Assembly: GCA_963716255.1 (NCBI GenBank)
Contig: OY970303.1
Span: forward strand, 3,328,001-3,392,000
Length of the DNA stretch: 64,000 nt
DNA from: an uncultured Gemmatimonadales bacterium
GTDB taxonomy: Bacteria > Gemmatimonadota > Gemmatimonadetes > Longimicrobiales > Longimicrobiaceae
Reading direction: 5' to 3'
The translations under genes and the position numbers were made by a program. Numbering within the stretch: position 1 is the stretch's first letter; each line of letters begins with the position of its first letter. This document shows, in pieces, positions 1-10,484 of the stretch. The notes beneath the pieces were generated by a model. The model was not told the origin of the DNA. It did not search any database and saw only the letters and a list, made by a program, of their open reading frames with translations.

Positions 1-397
1 CGCGGAGGGCGGCGAGGCGGTGCAGAGCACGCAGGCCAGGGTGGGGCCGTACGAGCTCCAGGACTTCCACCTGTACTACGTCACGCGCTTCGGCTTCCGG
101 CCCAGCAAGGTGGCGTTCCTGGCGCACCACGCCTGGGGCGACCGGGAGCGGGGGCCGTGGCCGGAGTTCATCGCGGGCGAGGGGCGCAACGAGTACGACC
201 TGGCGGCCATAAAGCACTGGCTGGAGGTGTTCCTGTGGCGCTTCTTCAAGACCAGCCAGTTCAAGCGCTCGGCGATGCCCAACGGGCCCAAGGTGGGGTC
301 GGGCGGGTCGCTGTCGCCCCGCGGCGACTGGCGGGCGCCCAGCGATTCGGAGGCCGTGGTGTGGCTGGAGGAGCTGCGGAGGAACGTGCCGGGGTGA
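1..397 (+). CDS. nadE: Glutamine-dependent NAD(+) synthetase, C-terminal part (5' end outside window)
   Basis: [25 protein letters not shown] and [30 protein letters not shown] match the C-terminus of glutamine-dependent NadE. Confidence 0.92.
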   Translation, partial: AEGGEAVQSTQARVGPYELQDFHLYYVTRFGFRPSKVAFLAHHAWGDRERGPWPEFIAGEGRNEYDLAAIKHWLEVFLWRFFKTSQFKRSAMPNGPKVGSGGSLSPRGDWRAPSDSEAVVWLEELRRNVPG

Positions 398-440
398 GAA
401 GAGCGGTGCGGGGGGGCTGACTCGCGACCCGGGATCTCGC

Positions 441-944
441 ATGCGGAAGCGAGCGTTCGCCGGCCGGTTCTCCGAAACGTCCCGACGGGTCGTGCTCATG
501 CGGAGGGCGGCGCTGGCGCTGCTCGCCGTCCCCGTCGCCCTTGGGGTGCTGTCCGGCTGGCGGGCGTGGGTGCAGGTGCGGAGCCTAGAGCTGGCCGCGG
601 ACTCCCCGGTGCTGCGCGGCGGGTCGATCGTTCAGGCCCGGGTGGTGACCTCCGGGCGCACGTTCGTCGACCTGCGGCTGGAGCTGGTCCAGGGCACGCA
701 TGCCGAGACGCTGGCCGTGCGACAGGTGCCCAAGAACCGCGACGCAGCCACGGACCCACGCTCGCGGCGTGACTCGCTGGCGGTGGTGCTCACGCCGGAG
801 CTGCTGGGGCGCTTCCGGGTAGGGCCGGTGCTCGTGCGCGCCGTGGCGCGGGGCCGGCCGCAGTGGCTCCGCGAGCCGCCTCCGACGGTGCGGGAGGTCG
901 CGCTGGAGATCCAGCGGCCCGACAGAGTCGCTTCGGTCAAGTAG
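441..944 (+). CDS. Hypothetical membrane-anchored protein
   Basis: 167-aa ORF with an N-terminal hydrophobic stretch; true start may be the internal Met (MRRAALALL). Confidence 0.6.
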   Translation: MRKRAFAGRFSETSRRVVLMRRAALALLAVPVALGVLSGWRAWVQVRSLELAADSPVLRGGSIVQARVVTSGRTFVDLRLELVQGTHAETLAVRQVPKNRDAATDPRSRRDSLAVVLTPELLGRFRVGPVLVRAVARGRPQWLREPPPTVREVALEIQRPDRVASVK

Positions 945-1030
945 AAGAGGCAGAAGACCCGGTGTCGGCGCGACACTCTCGCCCCGCAGCGGAAATAGAA
1001 GGCTTACTCGTCGGCCGGGGAGACCAGGCG

Positions 1031-2305
1031 TCAGGGTCCCAGCAGTGCGGCCGGGATTACTGCCACCCCATCAGACCGTCGGTAGGCTTGCGGTCCGGTG
1101 CTCACCACCACTGCGTCCAGCAGGTCGTCGCCGATCTGCTCCCGGAGCCACAACAGGTGCCGGACATCACCATCCGTCACGGTCCGGCTCAGCTTTACCT
1201 CGACCGCCACTACGCGCCTGTCCGCTCTCTCCACGACCAGGTCCACTTCCTGACGGCCTCCAGCAGTGCGAAGGTGTCCGACCCGGGCCTCCGCCGCCTG
1301 CGCGTACACGCGAATGGAGAGGGTCACCAGCGACTCGAAGAGCTGGCCCAGAAGCGTGCCGTCACGTGGCATCGCAAGGCCGGATCCTTCCCCCTTGAGG
1401 AGAGCCTCCTCTCCGATCCCGAGCAGGCGCGCTGCGAGCGCCGGATCTGCCAGATGATGCTTGGGCGCCTGTGCCAGGCGCGCAATCGGGTTCCGTGTCG
1501 GACCCCAGGCGGGCACCGGGTCCACGATCCACAGGCGCTCCAACACCTCACGGTACGGGATCGTTGTGGTCTTGGCCGGCTTGTCGCCCTCACCGGCGGT
1601 TGCCGCATCGCGGATGGTTTCATAGCTGGCGCTGGTGGCCGTCGCGGCGGCATAAGCCGCCATCCATCGGTGAAGCGTCTGCGGCCGGCGCACTCGATGG
1701 CCCATCTCGTCGAAATCGGTGTCGACAATGCGCGCGAGATAGCTGTCCAGCTGCGCGCGCAGCGGGCGGCCGGACAGGTGGCGCAGCCCGGGAAAGCCCG
1801 AGGCGACGATCTCTTTCGCGTAATCAGCCAGGGAGACATCGGTCCGACCGCTGACCGCAGGACGGTCGCCACCCAGCAGGTGTCGCAGGCTCACCCTGGG
1901 CAGTTCCACTCCCCGCTCTGCCAGGGAGAGCGGCCGCATCCGTACGGTCACGACCCGCGCCGCGCCGGAGTGCGTCGGGGGGCGCGCCGGGCCCGCTGAG
2001 CCAGCCAGCAGGTAGCGTCCGGGGGTGGGATCAGCGTCCACGGCACGCCGAACGGCGTCCCAAAGCGCGGGGACGCGCTGCCATTCGTCCAGCAGGACCG
2101 GTGGTGTGCCGCGCAGAAGCTGGCCCGGGTCGGCCCGTGCGACGGCCTCCTGCGCCGGGTCGTCAAGCTGGTGCGTCGTAACCGCGCGCTGAGAGGCCGT
2201 GGCCGTCTTGCCTACCGCCTTCGGCCCTTCCAGGGCCACAGCGGGAAGGGCGGGGAGTAGCTCGTCCAGCTCTTCATCGACCACGCGGCGCAAGTAGGTC
2301 GTCAT
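1031..2305 (-). CDS. AAA_14 ATPase with DUF4143 and a C-terminal PD-(D/E)xK-like domain
   Basis: Walker A GPKAVGKT, Walker B LLDEWQ, PK...DPAL, GQLFE, EVDLVV...VEVKL. Confidence 0.9.
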   Translation of the reverse strand: MTTYLRRVVDEELDELLPALPAVALEGPKAVGKTATASQRAVTTHQLDDPAQEAVARADPGQLLRGTPPVLLDEWQRVPALWDAVRRAVDADPTPGRYLLAGSAGPARPPTHSGAARVVTVRMRPLSLAERGVELPRVSLRHLLGGDRPAVSGRTDVSLADYAKEIVASGFPGLRHLSGRPLRAQLDSYLARIVDTDFDEMGHRVRRPQTLHRWMAAYAAATATSASYETIRDAATAGEGDKPAKTTTIPYREVLERLWIVDPVPAWGPTRNPIARLAQAPKHHLADPALAARLLGIGEEALLKGEGSGLAMPRDGTLLGQLFESLVTLSIRVYAQAAEARVGHLRTAGGRQEVDLVVERADRRVVAVEVKLSRTVTDGDVRHLLWLREQIGDDLLDAVVVSTGPQAYRRSDGVAVIPAALLGP

Positions 2306-2353
2306 CGTCTCGGTGTGCCGGGTCAGGGCGAATTCGGTCCGATCCCCAAGTTT

Positions 2354-2411
2354 ACGCTACCATTTCACATCTGGCAACGCTACCATTTTACCAACTCCTA
2401 GGCTACTATAT
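2354..2411. repeat. Three direct repeats at 23-bp period upstream of the AAA_14/DUF4143 gene
   Basis: ACGCTACCATTT at 2354 and 2377; degenerate AGGCTACTATAT at 2400. Confidence 0.6.
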
Positions 2412-2448
2412 TGCACGGTTTTCTACAGGCGATTTACCGCTTCCAACG

Positions 2449-2480
2449 AAAGCGGCCCCGGGACATCGCCCCGGGGCCGC
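2449..2480 (-). terminator. Intrinsic terminator downstream of the ABC transporter
   Basis: GCGGCCCCGGG/CCCGGGGCCGC hairpin followed by TTT on the minus strand. Confidence 0.6.
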
Positions 2481-2511
2481 TACGCCTTCTCGTCATCCGT
2501 CTCCCCCCGCC

Positions 2512-4350
<1,839 letters not shown>

Positions 4351-4450
4351 GGGCGTCGCTTTCCAGGGGGAGGGAGCCGGCGGGAGGGCCGGTCGTCCGA
4401 ATACACTGCTGATCGGGGTCGGGTCCGCAACGGCTTTCTTCCCGGGATTC

Positions 4451-4579
4451 GGGCGTGCCCCCGGCTGCGCCGGGGTCGGGCTGCGGCTCCGTAGCAGACG
4501 AAACAACCGTCTGCAACGGAGGCGAGCCCGCGCAAACAGCCGCGCGGTCTCGCCGCTTCGCGCTCGCATCCCTCACGCG
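4451..4579 (+). repeat. Structured ~130-bp dispersed repeat, copy 1 (most divergent)
   Basis: GGGCGTGCCCCCGGC...GGGGTCGGGCT..GGCTCCGT...ACGGAG...ATCCCTCACGCG. Confidence 0.9.
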
Positions 4580-4604
4580 GGGCCCGCGCTGGCGTCCGCG
4601 GGAG

Positions 4605-4734
4605 CCCCCCACCCCGGCGCTCCGCGCCACCCCTCCCCCGCAAGCGAGGGAGGGGAAACGACACGGCATCAGGCAGTTGCCCCCTCTCCCAGAATTGGGA
4701 GAGGGTGGCGAGCCTCAAGCGAGCCGGGTGAGGG
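4605..4734. repeat. REP-like CCCTC(C/T)CCC...GGGAGAGGG palindromes
   Basis: CCCCTCCCCCGCAAGCGAGGGAGGGG and CCCTCTCCCAGAATTGGGAGAGGG hairpins. Confidence 0.7.
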
Positions 4735-4896
4735 CCGCCAGCAGCGCGCGCAGCGGCAGCCGGGGCGTGGGAGCCTGGCGCGTCGCCCCGCCGCTCCACG
4801 CCGGGCGGATCACGATCCCGAACGCATCCGGGACCGCCGCCGGTGCGGCGCGGAACGGGCGCGGGGCGCCGTCGTCCGGGGGCCCCATCCCGCGGC

Positions 4897-6039
4897 TCAC
4901 GGGCTCGCCGCCGCGGCGCCGGCGCCGCGGGGAGCGTGGGCCGCGATGGAGCCGTCGCGGAAGGGGTAGTCGGTGTAGCCGCGCGAGTCGCCGCCGTAGA
5001 AGGTGGCGCGGTCCGGGGCGTTGAGGCGCGCGTCGGCGGCCAGGCGGGCCGGGAGGTCCGGGTTCGCCAGGAACGCCGTCCCGAAGGCCACCAGGTCCGC
5101 CGCGCCCGAAGCGATCGCCGCGTCGGCGGCGGCGCGGTCGTAGCCGCCGTTCAGCACCAGCGGCCCGCGGAAGACCTGGCGGAGCAGCGGGGCCACGCGG
5201 GCGGCCTCCGGCGTGTCCACCGGCTCCGTCACGTGCAGGTACGCCAGCCCGAAGCGGTTCAGCGCGTGCGCCGCGTAGCCGAAGGTGCCCGCCGGGTCCG
5301 AGTCGCTCATCCCGTTGTACGCGCTGGTGGGTGAAAAGCGCACCCCCACCCGGTCGCCGCCCCACACGTCCGCCGCCGCCGCCGTCACCTGCAGGAGGAA
5401 GCGCGCGCGGTTCTCCACCGGGCCGCCGTAGCGGTCGGTGCGCCGGTTGCTCCCGCCGCGCAGGAACTGGTCGATCAGGTACCCGTTCGCTCCGTGCAGC
5501 TCCACCCCGTCGAAGCCGGCGCGGAGCGCGTTCCGCGCGCCCGCGGCGAACTCCTCCACCACGCCGGCCACCTCGTCCGTCTCCAGCGCGCGGGGAACGG
5601 GGTAGGGGAGCGGGCCGGCGGCGGTGTACAGCGCCGCCTCCGCAGCCACCGCCGAGGGAGCCACCGGGAGCCCGCCGTCCGCCTGCACCGAGGGGTGCGA
5701 CACCCGCCCCACGTGCCACAGCTGCAGGAAGATGCGTCCGCCCTCGCCGTGCACCGCCTCCGTCACCCGGCGCCACCCCTCCACCTGCGCGTCGGAGTGG
5801 ATCCCCGGCGTGCCCGGGTACCCCACCCCGCGGGGCGACACCTGCGACCCCTCGGTGACGATGAGCCCCGCGGAGGCGCGCTGGGCGTAGTACAGCGCGC
5901 CCAGCGCGCCGGGGACGTTGCCCTCGCCGGCACGGTTGCGGGTCATGGGGGCCATGACCACCCGGTTCGCGAGGGTGTGGCGCGCCAGGCGCACCGGGGT
6001 GAACAGCGTCGGGGCCGCTCGGTCGTTCATGGAGTCCAT
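4897..6039 (-). CDS. Old Yellow Enzyme family alkene reductase (NemA-like)
   Basis: NRVVMAPMTR, YYAQRASAGLI, QLWHVGR, GFDGVELHGANGYLIDQF, GYTDYP. Confidence 0.95.
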   Translation of the reverse strand: MDSMNDRAAPTLFTPVRLARHTLANRVVMAPMTRNRAGEGNVPGALGALYYAQRASAGLIVTEGSQVSPRGVGYPGTPGIHSDAQVEGWRRVTEAVHGEGGRIFLQLWHVGRVSHPSVQADGGLPVAPSAVAAEAALYTAAGPLPYPVPRALETDEVAGVVEEFAAGARNALRAGFDGVELHGANGYLIDQFLRGGSNRRTDRYGGPVENRARFLLQVTAAAADVWGGDRVGVRFSPTSAYNGMSDSDPAGTFGYAAHALNRFGLAYLHVTEPVDTPEAARVAPLLRQVFRGPLVLNGGYDRAAADAAIASGAADLVAFGTAFLANPDLPARLAADARLNAPDRATFYGGDSRGYTDYPFRDGSIAAHAPRGAGAAAASP

Positions 6040-6107
6040 CCTCCGGGTCGTGTCCGTGTGATCGGGGGATGCGCCGCGCGCACCACCCCTGCCGTGATCC
6101 GGCTAAC

Positions 6108-6126
6108 TGCAACCTATGTAGTTACA
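6108..6126. promoter_or_regulatory. Putative Rrf2 operator upstream of the OYE gene
   Basis: TGCAAC-N7-GTTACA; same design as the site at 7131-7149. Confidence 0.7.
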
Positions 6127-6166
6127 TATAGGGGCGCGGGAGTCCCACCGTCCCGCGCCGGGTCCG

Positions 6167-6535
6167 CTACCTGCGCACCGGGCGCAGGCGGAGGATCATC
6201 GCCTCCCGCTCCCCCGGCCCCACCTCCACCGCCTGCTCCCCCGGGGCGAACCCGTCGCGCTCGGCCCGCACCACCCATCGCCCCGACGGCAGCCCGGTGA
6301 GCTGGAACCCGCCGGTGTCGCCGGTGCGGGTGGTGCGCCCCAGCACCTGCGGGTCCGCGTGCCGTGCGCTCACCGCCGCGCCCGCCAGCGCTTGCCCGGC
6401 GGGGTCGGTGACCCGCCCCACGATCCTCCCCGCGTCCTGCACCCCCCGGAACCCCGCCAGCAGCAGCGCCGCCGCCAGCGCCAGCAGCAGGATCACCGGG
6501 CGCGAAGCCCTGTCCAGCCGGATGTCACCCCTCAT
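6167..6535 (-). CDS. Secreted carboxypeptidase-regulatory-like domain protein
   Basis: Signal peptide; G.I.GRVTD..G..L.GA.V, T...G.F...GLP.G.W.V.A...GF. Confidence 0.8.
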   Translation of the reverse strand: MRGDIRLDRASRPVILLLALAAALLLAGFRGVQDAGRIVGRVTDPAGQALAGAAVSARHADPQVLGRTTRTGDTGGFQLTGLPSGRWVVRAERDGFAPGEQAVEVGPGEREAMILRLRPVRR

Positions 6536-6638
6536 CTCTCTCCCCCCTCTCCCGGTCCGGCGAATGGCCCCGCCGGAACTGGAATCGTGCCCGTTGCGGT
6601 TGCCGTTCCAATCGCGGCGCCTCCGCCGCGTCCCTCCT

Positions 6639-7109
6639 CTAGCCCGCGCGGCGCGCCCCCCCGCCGCAGCCGCCCGGCCGTCCCATCCCCGCGTGCAGCG
6701 TCCGCCACACGTCGGCGATGGTCACCCGGTCCAGCACCCCCTCCATGGCCGCGCGCGCGTCGCCGAACACGTCGGCCAGCGCGGCCTGGATGTTGGCCCC
6801 CACCCCGCAGTCCTGGCAGGGCGTCTGCGAGTGCATGGCGAACAATTCCTCGCCGTCCTCCACCGAGCGGTACACCTCCAGCAGCGTGATCTCCTCGGGG
6901 ACGCGGGCCAGCCGCGCGCCTCCCATGGCCCCGGGCGTCACCTCCACCAGCCCCGCGCGCCGCAGCGCGCCGATGATGCGGCGCACCACCACGGGGTTGG
7001 TGTTCACGCTGTGCGCGATCTGCTGCGAGCTGACCGCCTCGTCCCTGCGCCAGGTGAGGATCGCCAGCACGTGCACCGCCACCGCCACCCGGCTGCTCAT
7101 GGTCGACAT
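6639..7109 (-). CDS. Rrf2 family transcriptional regulator (YwnA/SaiR/HypR-like)
   Basis: SSRVAVAVHVL, SVNTNPVVVRR, GG..LAR..EEITLLEVY, C.VGANIQ. Confidence 0.92.
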   Translation of the reverse strand: MSTMSSRVAVAVHVLAILTWRRDEAVSSQQIAHSVNTNPVVVRRIIGALRRAGLVEVTPGAMGGARLARVPEEITLLEVYRSVEDGEELFAMHSQTPCQDCGVGANIQAALADVFGDARAAMEGVLDRVTIADVWRTLHAGMGRPGGCGGGARRAG

Positions 7110-7130
7110 GTTCCCGCTCCCCGGTTCAAT

Positions 7131-7149
7131 TGCAACCACGATAGTTGCA
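7131..7149. promoter_or_regulatory. Putative Rrf2 autoregulatory operator
   Basis: Perfect arms TGCAAC-N7-GTTGCA just upstream of the Rrf2 start. Confidence 0.75.
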
Positions 7150-7249
7150 TTTGGCGGGGGTGTCAAGGGACGCGGAAGGGGTCGGGCGGCTGGCGCGCTT
7201 TTTCCAAAGGCGGACGCGCGATGAGTGTTCCCCCACGCCAGGAGGTGCC

Positions 7250-7672
7250 ATGAATCCCCCCCTTCCGCGGCGCGACCGCTCCCCGGACCCGGTGCGCGAC
7301 CACCTCAAGGAGGTGCGGCGCGGACTGCTGCGCCTGCACAAGGCGCTGATCGACGCCGAGCGTGCCGAGTGGGAGCGCGACACCGGCCCCGTCTCCAACG
7401 GGCGCTTCCTGCAGGCGCTCATCGAGGACCCCTTCTTCGCCTGGCTCCGGCCGTTCTCCGGGCTGATCGTGGAGGTGGACGAGCGCCTCGCCACCGGCGA
7501 GCCACTCCCGGGCGAGGAGGCGCGCGCCTACGTGGAGCGCATCCGCGCCCTGGTGCAGCCCACGGGCGAGGAGGCCGAGCGCTACGAGCGCGTCCGCCAG
7601 CGCGACGCGGGGGTGCTGCTTGCCCACGTGGAGCTGGAGGCCCGCATCGACGCGGTGCCGGAAGAGGCGTGA
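7250..7672 (+). CDS. Conserved hypothetical helical protein
   Basis: GGAGG RBS; LLRLHKALIDAER...FAWLRPFSGLIVEVDE; host-like codon usage. Confidence 0.75.
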   Translation: MNPPLPRRDRSPDPVRDHLKEVRRGLLRLHKALIDAERAEWERDTGPVSNGRFLQALIEDPFFAWLRPFSGLIVEVDERLATGEPLPGEEARAYVERIRALVQPTGEEAERYERVRQRDAGVLLAHVELEARIDAVPEEA

Positions 7673-7684
7673 CGCCAACGGGCC

Positions 7685-7713
7685 TTGAGAAAACTCCGGG
7701 CCTGCGCTATCCT
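7685..7713 (+). promoter_or_regulatory. Sigma70-type promoter for tRNA-Asp
   Basis: TTGAGA-17 bp-TATCCT, 25 bp upstream of the tRNA. Confidence 0.6.
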
Positions 7714-7738
7714 ATGCGGCCTGCCGGCAGGCGGGCAT

Positions 7739-7812
7739 GGGGCCGTAGCTCAGTCGGTTAGAGTGCCGGACTGTCACTCCGGAGGTCGCGGGTTCGAGTC
7801 CCGTCGGCCCCG
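7739..7812 (+). tRNA. tRNA-Asp (GTC); CCA not encoded
   Basis: Acceptor GGGGCCG/CGGCCCC, D-arm TAGCTCAGTCGGTTAGAGT, anticodon arm CCGGA-CTGTCAC-TCCGG, GGTTCGAGTCC. Confidence 0.97.
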
Positions 7813-8053
7813 CTTCGCGGGACGCATACGGAACGAGGGGCGGCTGCTCGCACGAGCGGTCGCCCCTCCCTGCGTCCGGCCCGGCGGCTCGCGCGGAACT
7901 TGCGATCCTTGCGCGCCACGCCTCCCCGGTCCATACATTCGGCGGTGGAGACCACGCCCGGGGAGCGCGCACCGCCAGGGTCCCGGCCCCGCGACCTTTT
8001 TCGCCGCCCCCGCGCGCCCGGGGCGAGACGAGCCCGCAACGCAGGGAGGGAGT

Positions 8054-8368
8054 ATGCGTCCCGTCCAGAGACTTCTCCGGTTCGGCGCGGTGGCGGCCGG
8101 CCTTTCGCTCGCCGCGTGCGCGCCCGGCTTCGGGATGGGGCCGGGGGTGCAGGTGGGGATGAGCCCCGGCGGCCAGCTGAGCCTGGGGTCCTCGTCCTGC
8201 CTGCTGAACGGCTCCGCGTACGGCACCCAGGGGATGTCGCGCCTGTCCGGCAGCGCCTTCTCCTTCGCGCCGAAGATCGCGCGGCTCCAGGCGCGCTTCT
8301 CCCTGGGGCACGCCGACCGCACCGCGCAGCGGGAAAGCTGGAAGCAGGTCGCGACCGGCGGCTGCTGA
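8054..8368 (+). CDS. Hypothetical lipoprotein
   Basis: GGGAG RBS, lipobox LAAC, Gly-rich, followed by a terminator hairpin. Confidence 0.7.
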   Translation: MRPVQRLLRFGAVAAGLSLAACAPGFGMGPGVQVGMSPGGQLSLGSSSCLLNGSAYGTQGMSRLSGSAFSFAPKIARLQARFSLGHADRTAQRESWKQVATGGC

Positions 8369-8387
8369 CGCGGCACCCGCCCCCGCG

Positions 8388-8428
8388 CGGCGAAGCCCCC
8401 GCTCCGGCCAGGAGCGGGGGCTTCGCCG
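8388..8428. terminator. Long hairpin between convergent genes
   Basis: 18-bp perfect stem CGGCGAAGCCCCCGCTCC/GGAGCGGGGGCTTCGCCG. Confidence 0.7.
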
Positions 8429-8459
8429 TTCACGGCCTCCGCCGCGTCCTCCCCGCCGC

Positions 8460-8876
8460 CTACACCACGGTGGACGACGAGCACCCCCGCCCCTCTCCGG
8501 GCTCCTGCGCCAGTACGGCGGTGACGCGGATCTGCCGGCGGTAGCGGCCCATGTGCCCGAACTCGCCGCGGCCGCTCAGCTCCCCCTCCACGGTCATGAA
8601 GGTCCGCTGGCCCCACGTCTTCTGGAGGTCGGCCGGCATCCCCCACGCCCACCACTCCTCGCGCGTGCCGCAGGGGCGGAACACCTGCTTCTCGAAGTCG
8701 AACTCGAAGTGGCCGGTGTAGCGGCCCGTGGGCAAGGCGGGCACGGGGACCGAGATCGTCGTGTCCACCGCCGTCCGGGCATCCGGGGCGGGCGCCGGGG
8801 CGGGCTCGCGGCGGCCGGAGCCGCAGCCCCACGCGGCGAGCGCGAGGAGGGTGGTCAGGGTCCGGCGAGCGGTCAT
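8460..8876 (-). CDS. Hypothetical lipoprotein
   Basis: Lipobox AWGC; F.FE...FRPCG...WW and G.FGHMG.Y.R motifs. Confidence 0.75.
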   Translation of the reverse strand: MTARRTLTTLLALAAWGCGSGRREPAPAPAPDARTAVDTTISVPVPALPTGRYTGHFEFDFEKQVFRPCGTREEWWAWGMPADLQKTWGQRTFMTVEGELSGRGEFGHMGRYRRQIRVTAVLAQEPGEGRGCSSSTVV

Positions 8877-9007
8877 GCGGCTCCTCCCGGGGCGGGTGGA
8901 CGGGGTCGCGGACGTGCGCGGGCCTCCTTCGCACCCCGCAGCGGGAGCGGGGTTCCCTGTCCCCCCGCGCGGCGACGCGGCCCGTGGAAATATTTGTTTG
9001 TGGTGTA

Positions 9008-9045
9008 TGTGGATAATTGACAGGTGTTTATGCGTTTATTAAATT
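9008..9045 (+). promoter_or_regulatory. Sigma70 promoter with an abutting DnaA-box-like 9-mer
   Basis: TGTGGATAA (reverse complement of TTATCCACA) at 9008-9016, then TTGACA-17 bp-TAAATT in an AT-rich patch. Confidence 0.6.
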
Positions 9046-9217
9046 GATTGCACGCGACAGGGGCCGGCGATCGCTTCGCACGGATCCGGCCCCTGCATTG
9101 AAAACGAGGCGCTCCCGTACCGTTCCGCGATATGGGGGCGCCTTCGTCGTGAAAAACGCCAAGATTCCGGGCTTCCACGCCCGCTTTCCGGAGGTGCCCG
9201 TGAAGGCTCGATTCGAC

Positions 9218-10063
9218 ATGCGCCGCAATGCACTGGTCTACCTCGCCGCCGCGGTCGGCGTCGGCGCCGCCGCGGGGCTGCTGCGCGAGCCGGAGCAGCC
9301 CGCCGCGGTGAGCGTGGCGCGGCCCGCCCGCGGCACGGCCGCGCCCGTCGCGGCCGCCACGCCGGTGCCGGCGCCCGCGCTGCAGGCCGCGCGCGCCGTG
9401 CTGGACGGCGTGGGGCTGGAGAGCAGCACCCGCGAGGCGCGGGTGCAGACCGCGCTCGGGACGCTCGGGGGCAGGGTGGGGAAGCAGAGCGACCCCGACG
9501 CGCTGCGCATGGCGTTCAAGGCGTACTACAACTACAAGGAGGAGCACCCGGAGCAGGTCCGGAAGCCCTACCTGTACTACGTGGACTATGGTCTGGACGC
9601 CCGCACCCCGCGCGGCTACGTCTTCGACATGGACGCGCTGGAGGTGGTGGACGGGCCCTTCAACGTGGCGCACGGCCGCGGCTCGGCGCCCAACTCCCGC
9701 GGCATCCCCACCCGGTTCTCCAACCGGAACGGGAGCAACGCCACCTCGCTGGGGCTGTACCTGGCGCAGGAGACCTACGCCTTCTCGGGCAAGTCCGGCG
9801 GGCAGCGGTACAGCTCGGTGGGACTGCGGCTCAAGGGGCTCTCGGGCAGGTTCAACAGCGCGGCGCGGGCCCGCGGCGTGGTGGCGCACGGCGCCCCGTA
9901 CGTGACCGCCGCCCGCGCCGGGCGCAGCGAGGGATGCCCGGCCATCGAGCCGGGGCGCGCCCGGGAGCTGCTCCCCAAGATCAGCAACGGCGGGCTGGTG
10001 TTCCTGTTCTCGCCGCTGGAGCGGTCGTGGAAGGTCTCGGACCCCTGGGCCGGCAACGGCTGA
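9218..10063 (+). CDS. Murein L,D-transpeptidase catalytic domain family protein (YkuD_2-like)
   Basis: VAHGRGS, FSN..GS.ATSLG, LRLKGL, R.VVAHGA.YV, GRSEGCPA. Confidence 0.9.
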   Translation: MRRNALVYLAAAVGVGAAAGLLREPEQPAAVSVARPARGTAAPVAAATPVPAPALQAARAVLDGVGLESSTREARVQTALGTLGGRVGKQSDPDALRMAFKAYYNYKEEHPEQVRKPYLYYVDYGLDARTPRGYVFDMDALEVVDGPFNVAHGRGSAPNSRGIPTRFSNRNGSNATSLGLYLAQETYAFSGKSGGQRYSSVGLRLKGLSGRFNSAARARGVVAHGAPYVTAARAGRSEGCPAIEPGRARELLPKISNGGLVFLFSPLERSWKVSDPWAGNG

Positions 10064-10202
10064 AGCGTCCGCCGGCAGCGTACCGCGCCCGCCTCGTCCC
10101 CGTCCGCCGGGGCGGAGGCGGGTGTGGCACCGCCCCCTCCCTTGCCGTAAGTTTGGCCTCGCTCTCCCCCCTCGTGCAGGCTCCCCCAGCTTCCCGGCAC
10201 CC

Positions 10203-10484
10203 ATGCCGCCAGAGCGGTACACGCCCAAGCCCGGCCTCATCGCCACGGACCTGGACACCGAGCTGATCCTGCTCGACCCCGAGTCGCAGGAGATGTTCAG
10301 CCTCAACCCCACCGGGCGCGTGGCGTGGCAGTGCCTCGGCTCGCAGCCGCTGCCCGCGGTCGTGGACCGGGTGGTCGCCGCGTTCCAGGTGGATCGCGCC
10401 ACCGCCGAGGCCGATGTGCGCGCCCTGGTGCGACGGCTGCTGGAGGCGGGGCTGATCGCCCCCGCCGGCGACCCGGGGGATTGA
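10203..10484 (+). CDS. PqqD family RiPP recognition element (lasso B1-like)
   Basis: ELILLD....MFSLNPTG..AW, F.VD..TAEADV..LV.RL..AGLI. Confidence 0.9.
   Translation: MPPERYTPKPGLIATDLDTELILLDPESQEMFSLNPTGRVAWQCLGSQPLPAVVDRVVAAFQVDRATAEADVRALVRRLLEAGLIAPAGDPGD

Noticed and set aside
7739..7812. tRNA-Asp as an integration site
   Set aside because: No duplicated tRNA 3' end or integrase was noticed in the window.
8985..9050. Replication origin
   Set aside because: Only one DnaA box and no dnaA, dnaN or parAB context.
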